From NCBI GenBank assembly GCA_963762565.1, contig CAVXLD010000010.1, positions 416,001 to 480,000 of the forward strand: a DNA stretch of 64,000 bases, given 5' to 3'. Origin of the DNA: an uncultured Verrucomicrobiae bacterium. GTDB lineage: Bacteria; Verrucomicrobiota; Verrucomicrobiia; Chthoniobacterales; JAFAMB01. The notes beneath the pieces were generated by a model, which saw only the letters and a program-made list of their open reading frames with translations, made no database searches and was not told where the DNA came from. Shown one piece after another: positions 19,934 through 29,085 of this stretch. Each line of letters starts with the position of its first letter. Positions within the stretch are counted from its first letter, which is position 1. A program made the position numbers and the translations under genes.

Positions 19934-20884
19934 ATGAGTGAGTTGATCGAGCTTCGGCATCTTCGTTACTTCGTTACGGTCGCTGAGGACTTGCATTTCA
20001 GCCGGGCCGCTAAACGGCTGCATATCGCGCAGCCGCCGCTGTCTCAACAGATTCGCAAACTAGAGCAGTACATTGGGCATCCTTTGTTCATTAGAAATTC
20101 GCGTACCGTGACTTTAACCCAAGCCGGCGAAATCCTGCTCGAACGTTCTCGTTACTTACTCCGGCGACTGGAAGAGGACCTGGAAACGGTTCGCAGAGTA
20201 GGCAGAGGCGAGATCGGGACGTTGACGGTAGGTTTTATCGGATCAGCGATGCTCACGGTTCTTCCCGCTCTCATTGGCAGTTACCGCAAACGTTTCCCCA
20301 AGGTAGATTTACGGCTTCGGGAGTTAACCACTAGCCGCTTAGTCGATGCCATCCGCCAAGGCGCGGTTGATCTGGGCTTCTTGCGAGATGCCGGCCCAAC
20401 GGAAGGCTTAGTGGTTGAACGGGTAGTGGCGGAACGATTTGTAGTGGCTCTAACTGAGAAACATCCCTTAGCGGATCGAAAGAAAATATCGCTCTTACAC
20501 CTCAAGGAAGACCCTCTGATCCTATTCGCCCGCGAGTTGGGCCCGTTGGCCTGGGACAAGACAATCGCACTTTGTGAGACTTCAGGATTCCACCCCGCGA
20601 TTGTCCAAGCCGCACCGGAATGGCTAACCGTACTTAGACTCGTTAGTTCAGGTCTTGGCTTTTCCATCGCACCTGCTTGTGTTGCCACCATCCAAACACC
20701 AGGAGTAGTTTGCCGTGAGTTAACTAAGTGTCCGGTCTCAACCAATATCGAACTGGCCCGGCGCAGCGATCACCTCAATCCGATCATGGAAGCTTTTCTG
20801 GCCGAAGCGAAAGAAATGTTTCGGGTGATGGGACGCGGATCGGAGCCCGCGATCGGTAGGGCGAAAACCTCGGCGCGCCCTTGA
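19934..20884 (+). CDS. LysR family transcriptional regulator
   Basis: ELRHLRYFVTVAEDLHFSRAAKRLHIAQPPLSQQIRKLE; divergent from the GNAT gene. Confidence 0.95.
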   Translation: MSELIELRHLRYFVTVAEDLHFSRAAKRLHIAQPPLSQQIRKLEQYIGHPLFIRNSRTVTLTQAGEILLERSRYLLRRLEEDLETVRRVGRGEIGTLTVGFIGSAMLTVLPALIGSYRKRFPKVDLRLRELTTSRLVDAIRQGAVDLGFLRDAGPTEGLVVERVVAERFVVALTEKHPLADRKKISLLHLKEDPLILFARELGPLAWDKTIALCETSGFHPAIVQAAPEWLTVLRLVSSGLGFSIAPACVATIQTPGVVCRELTKCPVSTNIELARRSDHLNPIMEAFLAEAKEMFRVMGRGSEPAIGRAKTSARP

Positions 20885-21081
20885 TGCAGCAGCCACCTGG
20901 ATCTATCGCGCCGGGTTTGAGCCGCGCCGCGCGTATGGCTTTGCCCATGGTGTGGCCGGACTGAAAAACGCTGGGTTGGCGGCGATTTAGATGGCTGCCA
21001 CACTCACGCATGGCTCAAATCCGGCGCGGTTTGGCGAAGGGGTCAGCTACGTCCTGGGCGCGCCGAGATTTTCGCCCTACC
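20855..21081. repeat. Family D long (227-nt) REPIN-like element
   Basis: Same architecture as 9877-10107; overlaps the last codons of the LysR gene. Confidence 0.9.
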
Positions 21082-21132
21082 GGCATTGCTCTACTTGCTT
21101 GCTCTAATTGCTCTCTAGTTTATCTTACTATC

Positions 21133-21675
21133 ATGACCACGGCCACCTTAGCCAAGACTGCGGCCGAACAAATCGCTAAGCTACGACCGGCTGGCGAGGC
21201 AGCTGATGCCTTTCTCGAAGCCGTAGCCGAAAACTATATCGCCCGGGAACTACCCCGTAAAGCGGAGCGTGCCCGGCTGTTACAACGAGCACGAGCCAGA
21301 GGCGCGGCTCTCAAGGCCAAATTGCAACAGGACGGCGAATTTCTCTCGAGCGAAGCTCTCGCCGAATTTCTCGGTATCCGGCGACAGGCCATCGACGGCC
21401 GCCGTAAGACCGGTAAGCTCGTTGCCTGGCGCGATCAGCGTGCACATTGGCAATTCCCTCTTTGGCAGTTTGATCTGGACAAGAAAACAGTTCTTCCGGG
21501 GATCGCCGAATGCCTTAGGGAATTGCCAGACGATGATTGGAGTCGCATGCTTTTCTTTCTCAGTATCGACGAGGCATTATCGAAAAAAGAGAGACCAATC
21601 GATCTCCTACGCCAAGGCGAACGGACCGCTGCCGTGATTAAATCGGCCGAACGTTACGGTCGTCATGGCGAATGA
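21133..21675 (+). CDS. Putative antitoxin with HTH-like region (MbcA/Xre-like partner of RES toxin)
   Basis: LAEFLGIRRQAIDGRRKTGKL...FPLWQF...RPIDLL; ATGA overlap with the RES gene; start placed at ATG 21133, downstream of the repeat. Confidence 0.72.
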   Translation: MTTATLAKTAAEQIAKLRPAGEAADAFLEAVAENYIARELPRKAERARLLQRARARGAALKAKLQQDGEFLSSEALAEFLGIRRQAIDGRRKTGKLVAWRDQRAHWQFPLWQFDLDKKTVLPGIAECLRELPDDDWSRMLFFLSIDEALSKKERPIDLLRQGERTAAVIKSAERYGRHGE

Positions 21676-22265
21676 GCTCCGAGTTCCCGCCGCCGAGCCC
21701 GGAGCTCTCGAAACGAACCCTCCCTCGAAGAAGATCGCCCAAAACACTGGTCCGGCTCAGCCGCCAGGAATTTCGGGACCCGATCTTTTGGAGCACAAAA
21801 GGCAAATACCGCTTCGATTCAACTACGGCTCGTTACGGCGTGCTCTATACGGCTAACAGCTTAGAGGGAGCGATTCTGGAAGTATTCGGTGACCGCTGGC
21901 TCGAACATCGAGCGTTATCGGAACAGCTTTTGCGTTCGTACAACCTAGTGAAGCTCAACATCACATCGGGACTCTGGCTAGCTAACACGCTCGGATCCAA
22001 TCTGATGTTTGCCGGAATTGATGCGCGACTTTTCGTATCCACCGATTACGACAAAACCCAGGCTTGGGGACGAGCCTTTATGGAGCATCCTCAAAATTTT
22101 GACGGGATCCTTTATCATTCCCGCAAAAATCCGCGCAAGCTCAACTGTGCTTTCTTTGAAACGGAGTCGGCCCAGAAAGCAATTACCGTTGCCGACACCG
22201 TGCCGTTAATCGACACGAACGAGTTGTATCCGATTTTGGAGCGATACGAGATTATGCTGTTGTGA
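21672..22265 (+). CDS. RES domain protein (putative NAD+ phosphorylase toxin)
   Basis: YRFD, VLYTANSLEGAILE, DGILYHSR (R-E-S triad). Confidence 0.85.
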   Translation: MSSEFPPPSPELSKRTLPRRRSPKTLVRLSRQEFRDPIFWSTKGKYRFDSTTARYGVLYTANSLEGAILEVFGDRWLEHRALSEQLLRSYNLVKLNITSGLWLANTLGSNLMFAGIDARLFVSTDYDKTQAWGRAFMEHPQNFDGILYHSRKNPRKLNCAFFETESAQKAITVADTVPLIDTNELYPILERYEIMLL

Positions 22266-22341
22266 TTGTGGGCTAGCTGTTGATCGAAATGAATACCGCC
22301 TAAAAACATCTCCAACCCCGTGGAATCGCGGAGGGAAAATC

Positions 22342-22583
22342 GGGGAGGGCGCGCTGCCTGTCCGACATAGCCTTATGCATCCGATCGGTTTTTCTCCGAG
22401 CGGGGCGACGTCGGATCCCCGCGCGCCGCGAGGACGCGTCACAACTTGAAAATGTATTTTCGTCCGCGATCACGAGACCTCCTCGACTTCGGTAACAACG
22501 GATCGCGAGGATCCGACGTCGCCAGCGCTGGGAAGAAAAGACCCTCGATGGAAGGCTATGTCGGACAGGCTGCGATCCCTCCC
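22342..22583. repeat. Family E REP doublet carrying two CCTGTCCGAC inserts
   Basis: gggagggcgcgc[61 nt]tccccgcgcgccg...gatcgcgagga[60 nt]gcgatccctccc. Confidence 0.9.
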
Positions 22584-22637
22584 AAGCTTGTCGCCCGCTC
22601 GCCGTTTCGCCCACTCGCCCACTCGCCCTTTCGCCAC

Positions 22638-23231
22638 CTACTGCTTGCCCTTCTGAATCTCTTCAGGCCAAACGAAACCGCTCTGAAGGAAGTCGACCAG
22701 AGAAGCGCCATTGGCGCCTTCTGAAGCCGCATAAGTGAAACGATACTCGATATTCCAGTCGCCCCGACGTGCTACTAACAAGCGTGACCGTAGCGGTTGA
22801 ACTTTCCCGGCAAAAGTATCGGTGTATTCATAATTGGCCACGAGCGCTGGGTTCTTTTTGGGACTAACGAAACCCGTCCCACGGTCTACCAACTTTGTAT
22901 CCTGGTGTAGAGCGACGATCTGATTCTCACGAACCACAAACTCCGTTTCTAACAGTCGGCCGTTGCTCGGATACACATAGATCGTCGCGGCGATTCGCGG
23001 TGTATCAACTTCGTAGCCAATCGATACCCCCTGTCCAGCCGTATCATATTGCCGGGTCATAACTCGCTGGAATTTTCCGATCTTATTTGGAAACGAAAAT
23101 CCGGACGCGATATGAATGATATTGCCGTCAAGAGTCACCGCAAAGGGACCGGAAGCGGCCTTCGCCCGCTCATCGCCTAGAGTGAACACCAAGCCAATGC
23201 ACGCCAGCCAAAGACGCAGATCGGATCGCAT
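22638..23231 (-). CDS. Hypothetical exported protein
   Basis: Signal-peptide-like N-terminus and a beta-rich ORF of about 197 aa. Confidence 0.65.
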   Translation of the reverse strand: MRSDLRLWLACIGLVFTLGDERAKAASGPFAVTLDGNIIHIASGFSFPNKIGKFQRVMTRQYDTAGQGVSIGYEVDTPRIAATIYVYPSNGRLLETEFVVRENQIVALHQDTKLVDRGTGFVSPKKNPALVANYEYTDTFAGKVQPLRSRLLVARRGDWNIEYRFTYAASEGANGASLVDFLQSGFVWPEEIQKGKQ

Positions 23232-23358
23232 AGGCAATTACTGCCCGGGAGGCTGCGATTCTTCAAGACCAACCCTGTGTCCTGTCCCATAAATAACATG
23301 GCTTCGCTCGGCAGCTGCCGGGCGGCTGCCGACCGGCGGTCCATTTTGATCGCAACGA

Positions 23359-23375
23359 AAGGCACGTTATTTGCG
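23359..23375 (+). promoter_or_regulatory. Possible sigma-54 (-24/-12) promoter for the hybrid kinase
   Basis: aGGCACG-ttat-TTGC matches TGGCACG-N4-TTGC, but it overlaps a possible decayed MITE end. Confidence 0.3.
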
Positions 23376-23479
23376 TGCAACTCCCTGGACACGGATTAGA
23401 TTCGGGGTCGCGAACATACGATGTTGTTTGAGACATCAGGGTTGGTGTTCGATCTGCTATAAAACCTCGTTCGAGTTCT

Positions 23480-26400
23480 ATGGCTGTTGAGCCTTCAGGA
23501 CATGTCTACGAAACCTTGCGAGTCGATGAAGAGTTTAGCCTTTGTCGAGTTCGACAGGAGGGAGAGCCTTCGACTGTTCTGGTTGTAGCCCCGGTTTCGG
23601 AATATCCATCACTCGGAAGCTTAGCCCGCCTGGAGCATGACTACTCATTACGGGACGAACTTGACCCGGAGTGGGCGGTTCGACCGGTGGCGCTCAGCCG
23701 CCAAGGGAGACGGATAGAGCTTGTACTTGAAGATCCCGGCCCCGGAGCCGCCGGGCTTGACCGTTTGCTCAGCAACCCGATCGAACTAGACCGCTTCTTA
23801 CGCTTGGCTATAAATCTGGCCGGTGGACTCGCGAAGCTGCATCAGCGGGGGCTCATTCACAAAGACATTAAGCCTGTCAACATACTGGTAGACGCCGTGA
23901 CCGATCGGGTCTGGTTCACCGGCTTCGGGTTTGCTTCTCGGCTAAGGCGCGAACAGCACGCAGCCGAGCCTCCTGAGGTGATAGCCGGCACACTAGCCTA
24001 CATGGCGCCCGAGCAGACAGGCCGTATGAATCGGTCCATCGATTCTCGCAGCGATCTTTATTCACTGGGCGTAACCCTCTATCAGATGCTCACCGGTGCG
24101 CTTCCGTTCGAAGCCGCCGATGCCATGGAGTGGGTTCATTGCCATGTAGCCAGGCAGCCTCCGAGCCCGAGTGAACGGTTGGCCAGCGTACCTGAGCCTA
24201 TTTCGGCGATCGTCTTGAAACTCCTGGCTAAGACTGCTGAGGAGCGCTATCAGACAGCCACGGGTCTCGAGGCGGATTTAAAGAAATGCTGGTTGGAATG
24301 GAAGCAGGAATGCCGGGTCAATGCGTTCCCTCTGGGATTGGAGGACGTGCCAGACCGGCTGGCGATCCCGGAAAAACTCTACGGCCGCCAGCAGGAATGC
24401 CAAATACTGCTGGATGCCTTTGATAGGGTAGCTGCTTCCGGCAAACCGGAATTGATCCTCGTGACCGGCTATTCCGGGATTGGCAAGTCCTCACTCGTGC
24501 ACGAGCTGCAGAAACTGATTGTCTTACCAAGAGGCATCTTTATTTCGGGCAAATTCGACCAGACTAAACGGGATATCCGATATGCAGCGCTAGCCCAAGC
24601 TTTCAAGCCTTTGGTGCATCAAGTCCTACTTAAGAGCGAGGAGGAGGTCGATCGTTGGAAGAATGTTATTCTCAATGCGCTGGGGCCAAATGGCCAGCTG
24701 ATGATCAACTTGGTCCCAGAACTGGAGCTAGTTATCGGCAAGCAACCAGACCCCCCAGATCTTCCTCATCAACAAAGCCAAAATCGATTTGAGGCGGTCC
24801 TACGCGCGTTCATCGGGGTATTCGCCCGCAAAGAAAACCCTTTGGTGCTGTTCCTCGACGACCTCCAATGGCTCGACTCAGCTACGCTCAAGCTGCTCGA
24901 ACAGCTGCTCACCGACTCAAGCGTCCAGCATCTGCTCTTGATCGGCGCTTACCGAGATAACGAGCTAGTTGAGCGTCCAGAGGAGCATCGACTTGAGTTC
25001 CATACGGGTTCGGCAGCCGCGACACGTTGGCTAGGGCACGCCGAACGTGGCCGGGCCAAGGGTTTCACCGACAACGTGGTGGTGATAACCCGTCATCCAC
25101 TCCTGCTGGTCCTCGATTCAATCCGCAAGAGCGAGGTGGTCCTTCATGAGATTGTCCTCAATCCGCTTTCTCTTGCGGACGTGAACCAGTTGCTTGGAGA
25201 CGCCCTGCGTTGCGAGCTCAATCGTGCAAGACCCTTGGCAGAGCTTGTACACGAGAAGACCCGAGGCAATCCTTTCTTCACCCTTCAGTTCCTGACCAAC
25301 CTGGCTGAAGAGCATCTGCTTGAGTGCGACGCGGGAGCGGCGCTTTGGCGATGGGATATGGAACGCATCCGGGCCAAGGATTTTACCGATAACGTGGTGC
25401 ATTTCATGATCGGGAAGCTAAATCGTCTATCAGACGAGACGCAGGAAGCCCTAAAGCAGCTCGCCTGTTTGGGAAGCGGAGCCGAAGCAGTCACGCTGGC
25501 CTTGATACGAGGGGTATCGGAGACGCAGCTCCATGGCGCTATCTGGGAAGCCGTTTGGGAGGGACTTGTCTTGCGGGAGGGTGGCGCCTACGCGTTCCTC
25601 AACGACCGGGTGCAACAGGCGGCCTACGCGCTCACTCCCGAGAGCGAAAGAGCAGCCGTACACCTTCGAATCGGCAGATTACTGGTTTCGCGGATGCGGC
25701 CGGAGGAAGTAGAGGAGGATATCTTCAAGATCGTCAACCAGTTCAATCGTGGTACCGCGTTGATCGACTCCCGGCAGGAACGAGAGGAAATCGCCAGATT
25801 CAATCTCGTTGCTGGAATACGGGCGACGAATTCGACGGCGTATGCTTCGGCACTCAATTACTTCGCCACCGGCCGGGAGCTGCTGGCCGCGGAGAGTTGG
25901 GAACGCCAGTACGCGCTTACCTTCGCGCTGGAGCTCCGGCGGGCCGAGTGCGAGTTTTTGACCGGTAATTTCACGGCGGCTGAAGAACAGCTGTCCAGGC
26001 TATCGCACCGCGCCAGGGACCTACCGGATAGTGCCGCTGTTGCCCGTCTGCAAACGGAACTGTATGGCGCTCTAGACAGGAGCGAGTGCGCTGTCGCGGC
26101 AGCGTTCGACTACCTGCGACGCGCCGGGATCGATTTGCCGCTGCACCCAACCAATGATCAGCTCCGCCAGGAATATGAACAGGTTTTGCAACAACTAGAG
26201 AACCGGTCCATCGAGTCGCTCCTCGAATTACCCGCGATGACCGATCCGGTTTGCCGGGCGAATCTTGACGTTCTCGCCGCAGCCGAGGCTCATTCCTTTC
26301 TCGTTAACCAGGACCTACGGTGTCTGGTCGTGGCTCGCATTGTAAACCTCAGCCTCAAATACGGTAATAGCGACGGATCATGCATTGCCTACGTCCAACT

Positions 26401-28792
26401 CGGATGGCTGGTTGCCCCACGCTTTGGCGACTATCAAGCCGCGCTCCGTTTCGGCCAGCTTGGCCTCGATCTAGTCGAGAAGCGAGGACTCGAACGATTC
26501 GGGACCCGGGTCTCCCAATGCTTCGCCTATTTTATCAGTCCCTGGTCACGGCCTTTACACAACAGCCTCGAATTGTTGCGACGCTCGTTCTTCACCGCGC
26601 TTGAGACTGGCGATTTAAAGTATGCCGTGTTTTCCGGCGACCGCTTGATTACCCTGCTTCTGGCGATCGGCGCCCCTCTAAGCGAAGTGCAATACGAGGC
26701 CCAGGACCGCCTCGAATTCACGCGAAAAGCGAAGTTTGGCTACGTCGCCGATATCATCGTGGGAAACCTGAGATTCATCCGAGCTCTTCGGGGTCTGACC
26801 GCGAGCCTGTCCTCGTTTGACGATGCTGAGTTTGACGAGAGGCAGTTCGAGCAGAGGTTGAGAATCAATCCGAACTCGCTCTTCGCCCGGTGCTGGTATT
26901 GGATCCGGAAGCTGCAAGCGCTCTATTACGCGGACGACTATGACTCGGCGCTTCAGGCGGCATCCATGGCCGAGCCGCTGCTGCAGACTGGACCAGGACA
27001 TTTTGAGTATGCTGAATACACTTTCTTCAGCGCGCTGGCCCTGGCCGCACACTACGACTCTGCATCATCCGAGCAACAAACCCAGTATCGAACGGCACTC
27101 GCCGCCCGCCACAGACAGATCGCGGTGTGGGCGGAGAATTGCCCGGAAAACTTCGGGAATCGGGCGGCGTTAGTGGCAGCAGAGGTTGCCAGGATCGAAG
27201 GTCGGACTCTAGACGCCGAAAATCTTTACGAAAAGGCGATTCAATCCGCCCGGCAACATGGCTTCATCCAAAACGAGGCCATCGCTCACGAAGCGGCAGC
27301 GCGATTTTACTCGGGACGCGGCTTCGTCACGATTGCAAACGCTTATTTGCGCAGCGCCCGTTACTGTTATCTGCGCTGGGGAGCCGCCGGTAAGGTTGAG
27401 CAGCTGGATCAACGCTACCCGAACATCGCCCAAGAAACGTCGTTGCGACCCAGCGTCCAGATCGCCGAACCGGTTAGGCAAGTGGATTTAGAGACAGTGA
27501 CGAAGGCGTCGCAGGCGGTCTCAAGCGAGATCGTCCTCGAAAAGCTGATCGAGACACTATTGACCATTGCGCTTCAGCATGGCGCTGGCGAGCGAGCTCT
27601 CTTGATTCTTCAGCGAGGGGATCACCAGCAAATTGCAGCGGAGGCAAAAAGCGTCCGGAACAAGATTGCCGTTGATTTTCGCGAATCAACGTTAACGCCT
27701 TCCGAGCTGCCGGAGTCGTTGATCCGTTACGTCATCCGAACTCAGGAGCGAGTCATTCTGAGTGACGCTTCGGCTGACAATATTTTCTCGGAAGATGAAT
27801 ACATCCGCCAAAAACATCCTAGATCCGTGCTCTGCCTTCCTTTGATCAAGCGGCGCAGATTGGTTGGCACCCTCTATCTCGAGAATAACTTGGCACCCAA
27901 CGTTTTCGCGCCCAACCGCCTGGCCACCTTGGAGCTAATCGCGTCCCAAGCCGCGATCTCGTTGGAACAGGCTCGGCTATATGCTGAACTAACGCACGCC
28001 AATGAAGAGCTAAAGGCCGAGATCGCTGAGCGCCGCCGCGCTGAAGAAGCCTTGCGCCAAAATGAGGCTTCTTTGCGTGAAGCGCAAACCCAACTGGCTC
28101 ACGTTAGCCGGTTAACCACCATGGGAGAAATGGCGGCTTCCATTGCCCACGAACTCAATCAGCCGCTGGCGGGCATGGTAACGAACGCCAATGCAAGCCT
28201 GCGCTGGCTGGCGGGAGCTTCGCTTAACCTTACCGAAGCCCGCGAAGCCATCAGCCGCATTGTCCGCGATGGCACCCGGGCCGGCGACGTGGTTACCCGG
28301 TTGCGAGCGCTCTTTAGGAAGGCTAATCCGGCAAAAGAGGCGGTGGATATAAACAAGGCCATTGAGGAAGTTCTCGTCCTCACCCAGAGCGAAGTTAAGA
28401 GAAACAAAGTGTTATTGCGGATGGACCTGGCCGCGAACTTGCCGCCGGTTACGGCTGACCGAGTACAAATACAGCAGGTAGCCCTAAACCTGATCGTGAA
28501 CGCTATCGAAGCGATGAGCACCGTAGACGACCGTGAGCGAGAGCTGACAGTTGGCACCCAAACTGGCCAAGACGATCAAATCCGGGTCGTGGTACGGGAC
28601 TCAGGGATTGGGTTTGATCCGCTGAACGCTGAACGAATCTTTGATGCTTTCCATACCACCAAACCAGGTGGGCTAGGCCTTGGGCTGGCGATCAGCCGTT
28701 CCATTGTTGATTGGCATGGCGGCCGGCTCTGGGCGGTCACGAACGACGGTCCAGGCGCAACTTTCCAATTCACGCTTTCGCCCTGTCAGTAA
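23480..28792 (+). CDS. Hybrid Ser/Thr kinase - AAA ATPase - GAF - sensor histidine kinase
   Basis: HKDIKPVN, YMAPEQTGR, Walker A GYSGIGKS, LFLDDLQW, GAF LYLENN, H-box AHELNQP, N-box, DSGIG, GLGLGL. Confidence 0.95.
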   Translation: MAVEPSGHVYETLRVDEEFSLCRVRQEGEPSTVLVVAPVSEYPSLGSLARLEHDYSLRDELDPEWAVRPVALSRQGRRIELVLEDPGPGAAGLDRLLSNPIELDRFLRLAINLAGGLAKLHQRGLIHKDIKPVNILVDAVTDRVWFTGFGFASRLRREQHAAEPPEVIAGTLAYMAPEQTGRMNRSIDSRSDLYSLGVTLYQMLTGALPFEAADAMEWVHCHVARQPPSPSERLASVPEPISAIVLKLLAKTAEERYQTATGLEADLKKCWLEWKQECRVNAFPLGLEDVPDRLAIPEKLYGRQQECQILLDAFDRVAASGKPELILVTGYSGIGKSSLVHELQKLIVLPRGIFISGKFDQTKRDIRYAALAQAFKPLVHQVLLKSEEEVDRWKNVILNALGPNGQLMINLVPELELVIGKQPDPPDLPHQQSQNRFEAVLRAFIGVFARKENPLVLFLDDLQWLDSATLKLLEQLLTDSSVQHLLLIGAYRDNELVERPEEHRLEFHTGSAAATRWLGHAERGRAKGFTDNVVVITRHPLLLVLDSIRKSEVVLHEIVLNPLSLADVNQLLGDALRCELNRARPLAELVHEKTRGNPFFTLQFLTNLAEEHLLECDAGAALWRWDMERIRAKDFTDNVVHFMIGKLNRLSDETQEALKQLACLGSGAEAVTLALIRGVSETQLHGAIWEAVWEGLVLREGGAYAFLNDRVQQAAYALTPESERAAVHLRIGRLLVSRMRPEEVEEDIFKIVNQFNRGTALIDSRQEREEIARFNLVAGIRATNSTAYASALNYFATGRELLAAESWERQYALTFALELRRAECEFLTGNFTAAEEQLSRLSHRARDLPDSAAVARLQTELYGALDRSECAVAAAFDYLRRAGIDLPLHPTNDQLRQEYEQVLQQLENRSIESLLELPAMTDPVCRANLDVLAAAEAHSFLVNQDLRCLVVARIVNLSLKYGNSDGSCIAYVQLGWLVAPRFGDYQAALRFGQLGLDLVEKRGLERFGTRVSQCFAYFISPWSRPLHNSLELLRRSFFTALETGDLKYAVFSGDRLITLLLAIGAPLSEVQYEAQDRLEFTRKAKFGYVADIIVGNLRFIRALRGLTASLSSFDDAEFDERQFEQRLRINPNSLFARCWYWIRKLQALYYADDYDSALQAASMAEPLLQTGPGHFEYAEYTFFSALALAAHYDSASSEQQTQYRTALAARHRQIAVWAENCPENFGNRAALVAAEVARIEGRTLDAENLYEKAIQSARQHGFIQNEAIAHEAAARFYSGRGFVTIANAYLRSARYCYLRWGAAGKVEQLDQRYPNIAQETSLRPSVQIAEPVRQVDLETVTKASQAVSSEIVLEKLIETLLTIALQHGAGERALLILQRGDHQQIAAEAKSVRNKIAVDFRESTLTPSELPESLIRYVIRTQERVILSDASADNIFSEDEYIRQKHPRSVLCLPLIKRRRLVGTLYLENNLAPNVFAPNRLATLELIASQAAISLEQARLYAELTHANEELKAEIAERRRAEEALRQNEASLREAQTQLAHVSRLTTMGEMAASIAHELNQPLAGMVTNANASLRWLAGASLNLTEAREAISRIVRDGTRAGDVVTRLRALFRKANPAKEAVDINKAIEEVLVLTQSEVKRNKVLLRMDLAANLPPVTADRVQIQQVALNLIVNAIEAMSTVDDRERELTVGTQTGQDDQIRVVVRDSGIGFDPLNAERIFDAFHTTKPGGLGLGLAISRSIVDWHGGRLWAVTNDGPGATFQFTLSPCQ

Positions 28793-29085
28793 AACGACGG
28801 TTTGGCCTTATTTTTGGGCGATCGTAAAAAGCTTGCTCACACGATCTACATCAGTCCGTATCAAAACAGGACTGCCTGGAGCGTGACGATTCTTAAGATA
28901 ACGTAAGTCCAAATTCTCGTACTGAAGTCTTCGAGTATTGCTACGATACATAAGCATTTGATAGGAAGGAACAAGCGTCAGAGCATAACAAGTTGGCACG
29001 TAACCTGTTACACCTTTTGCCGGACAGGAGATTGTTGCCGCGTTAGTTCATACATCCAGTCAATCTTGAACATCGGAGTGAACCT

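Noticed and set aside
21010..21132. Longer starts for the antitoxin (21010), DUF885 (40019), hemB (10147), rplN (50899) and rpmJ (44092)
   Set aside because: The extensions lie in repeat elements, spacers or neighbouring genes; downstream ATGs fit family N-termini or an RBS.
24980..25399. Diversity-generating retroelement TR/VR pair
   Set aside because: Differences are not adenine-specific, include indels, and no reverse transcriptase is in the window.
28993..29010. Sigma-54 promoter upstream of the emrA-like gene (TGGCACG-TAAC-CTGT)
   Set aside because: The -12 element lacks the conserved GC; too weak to call.
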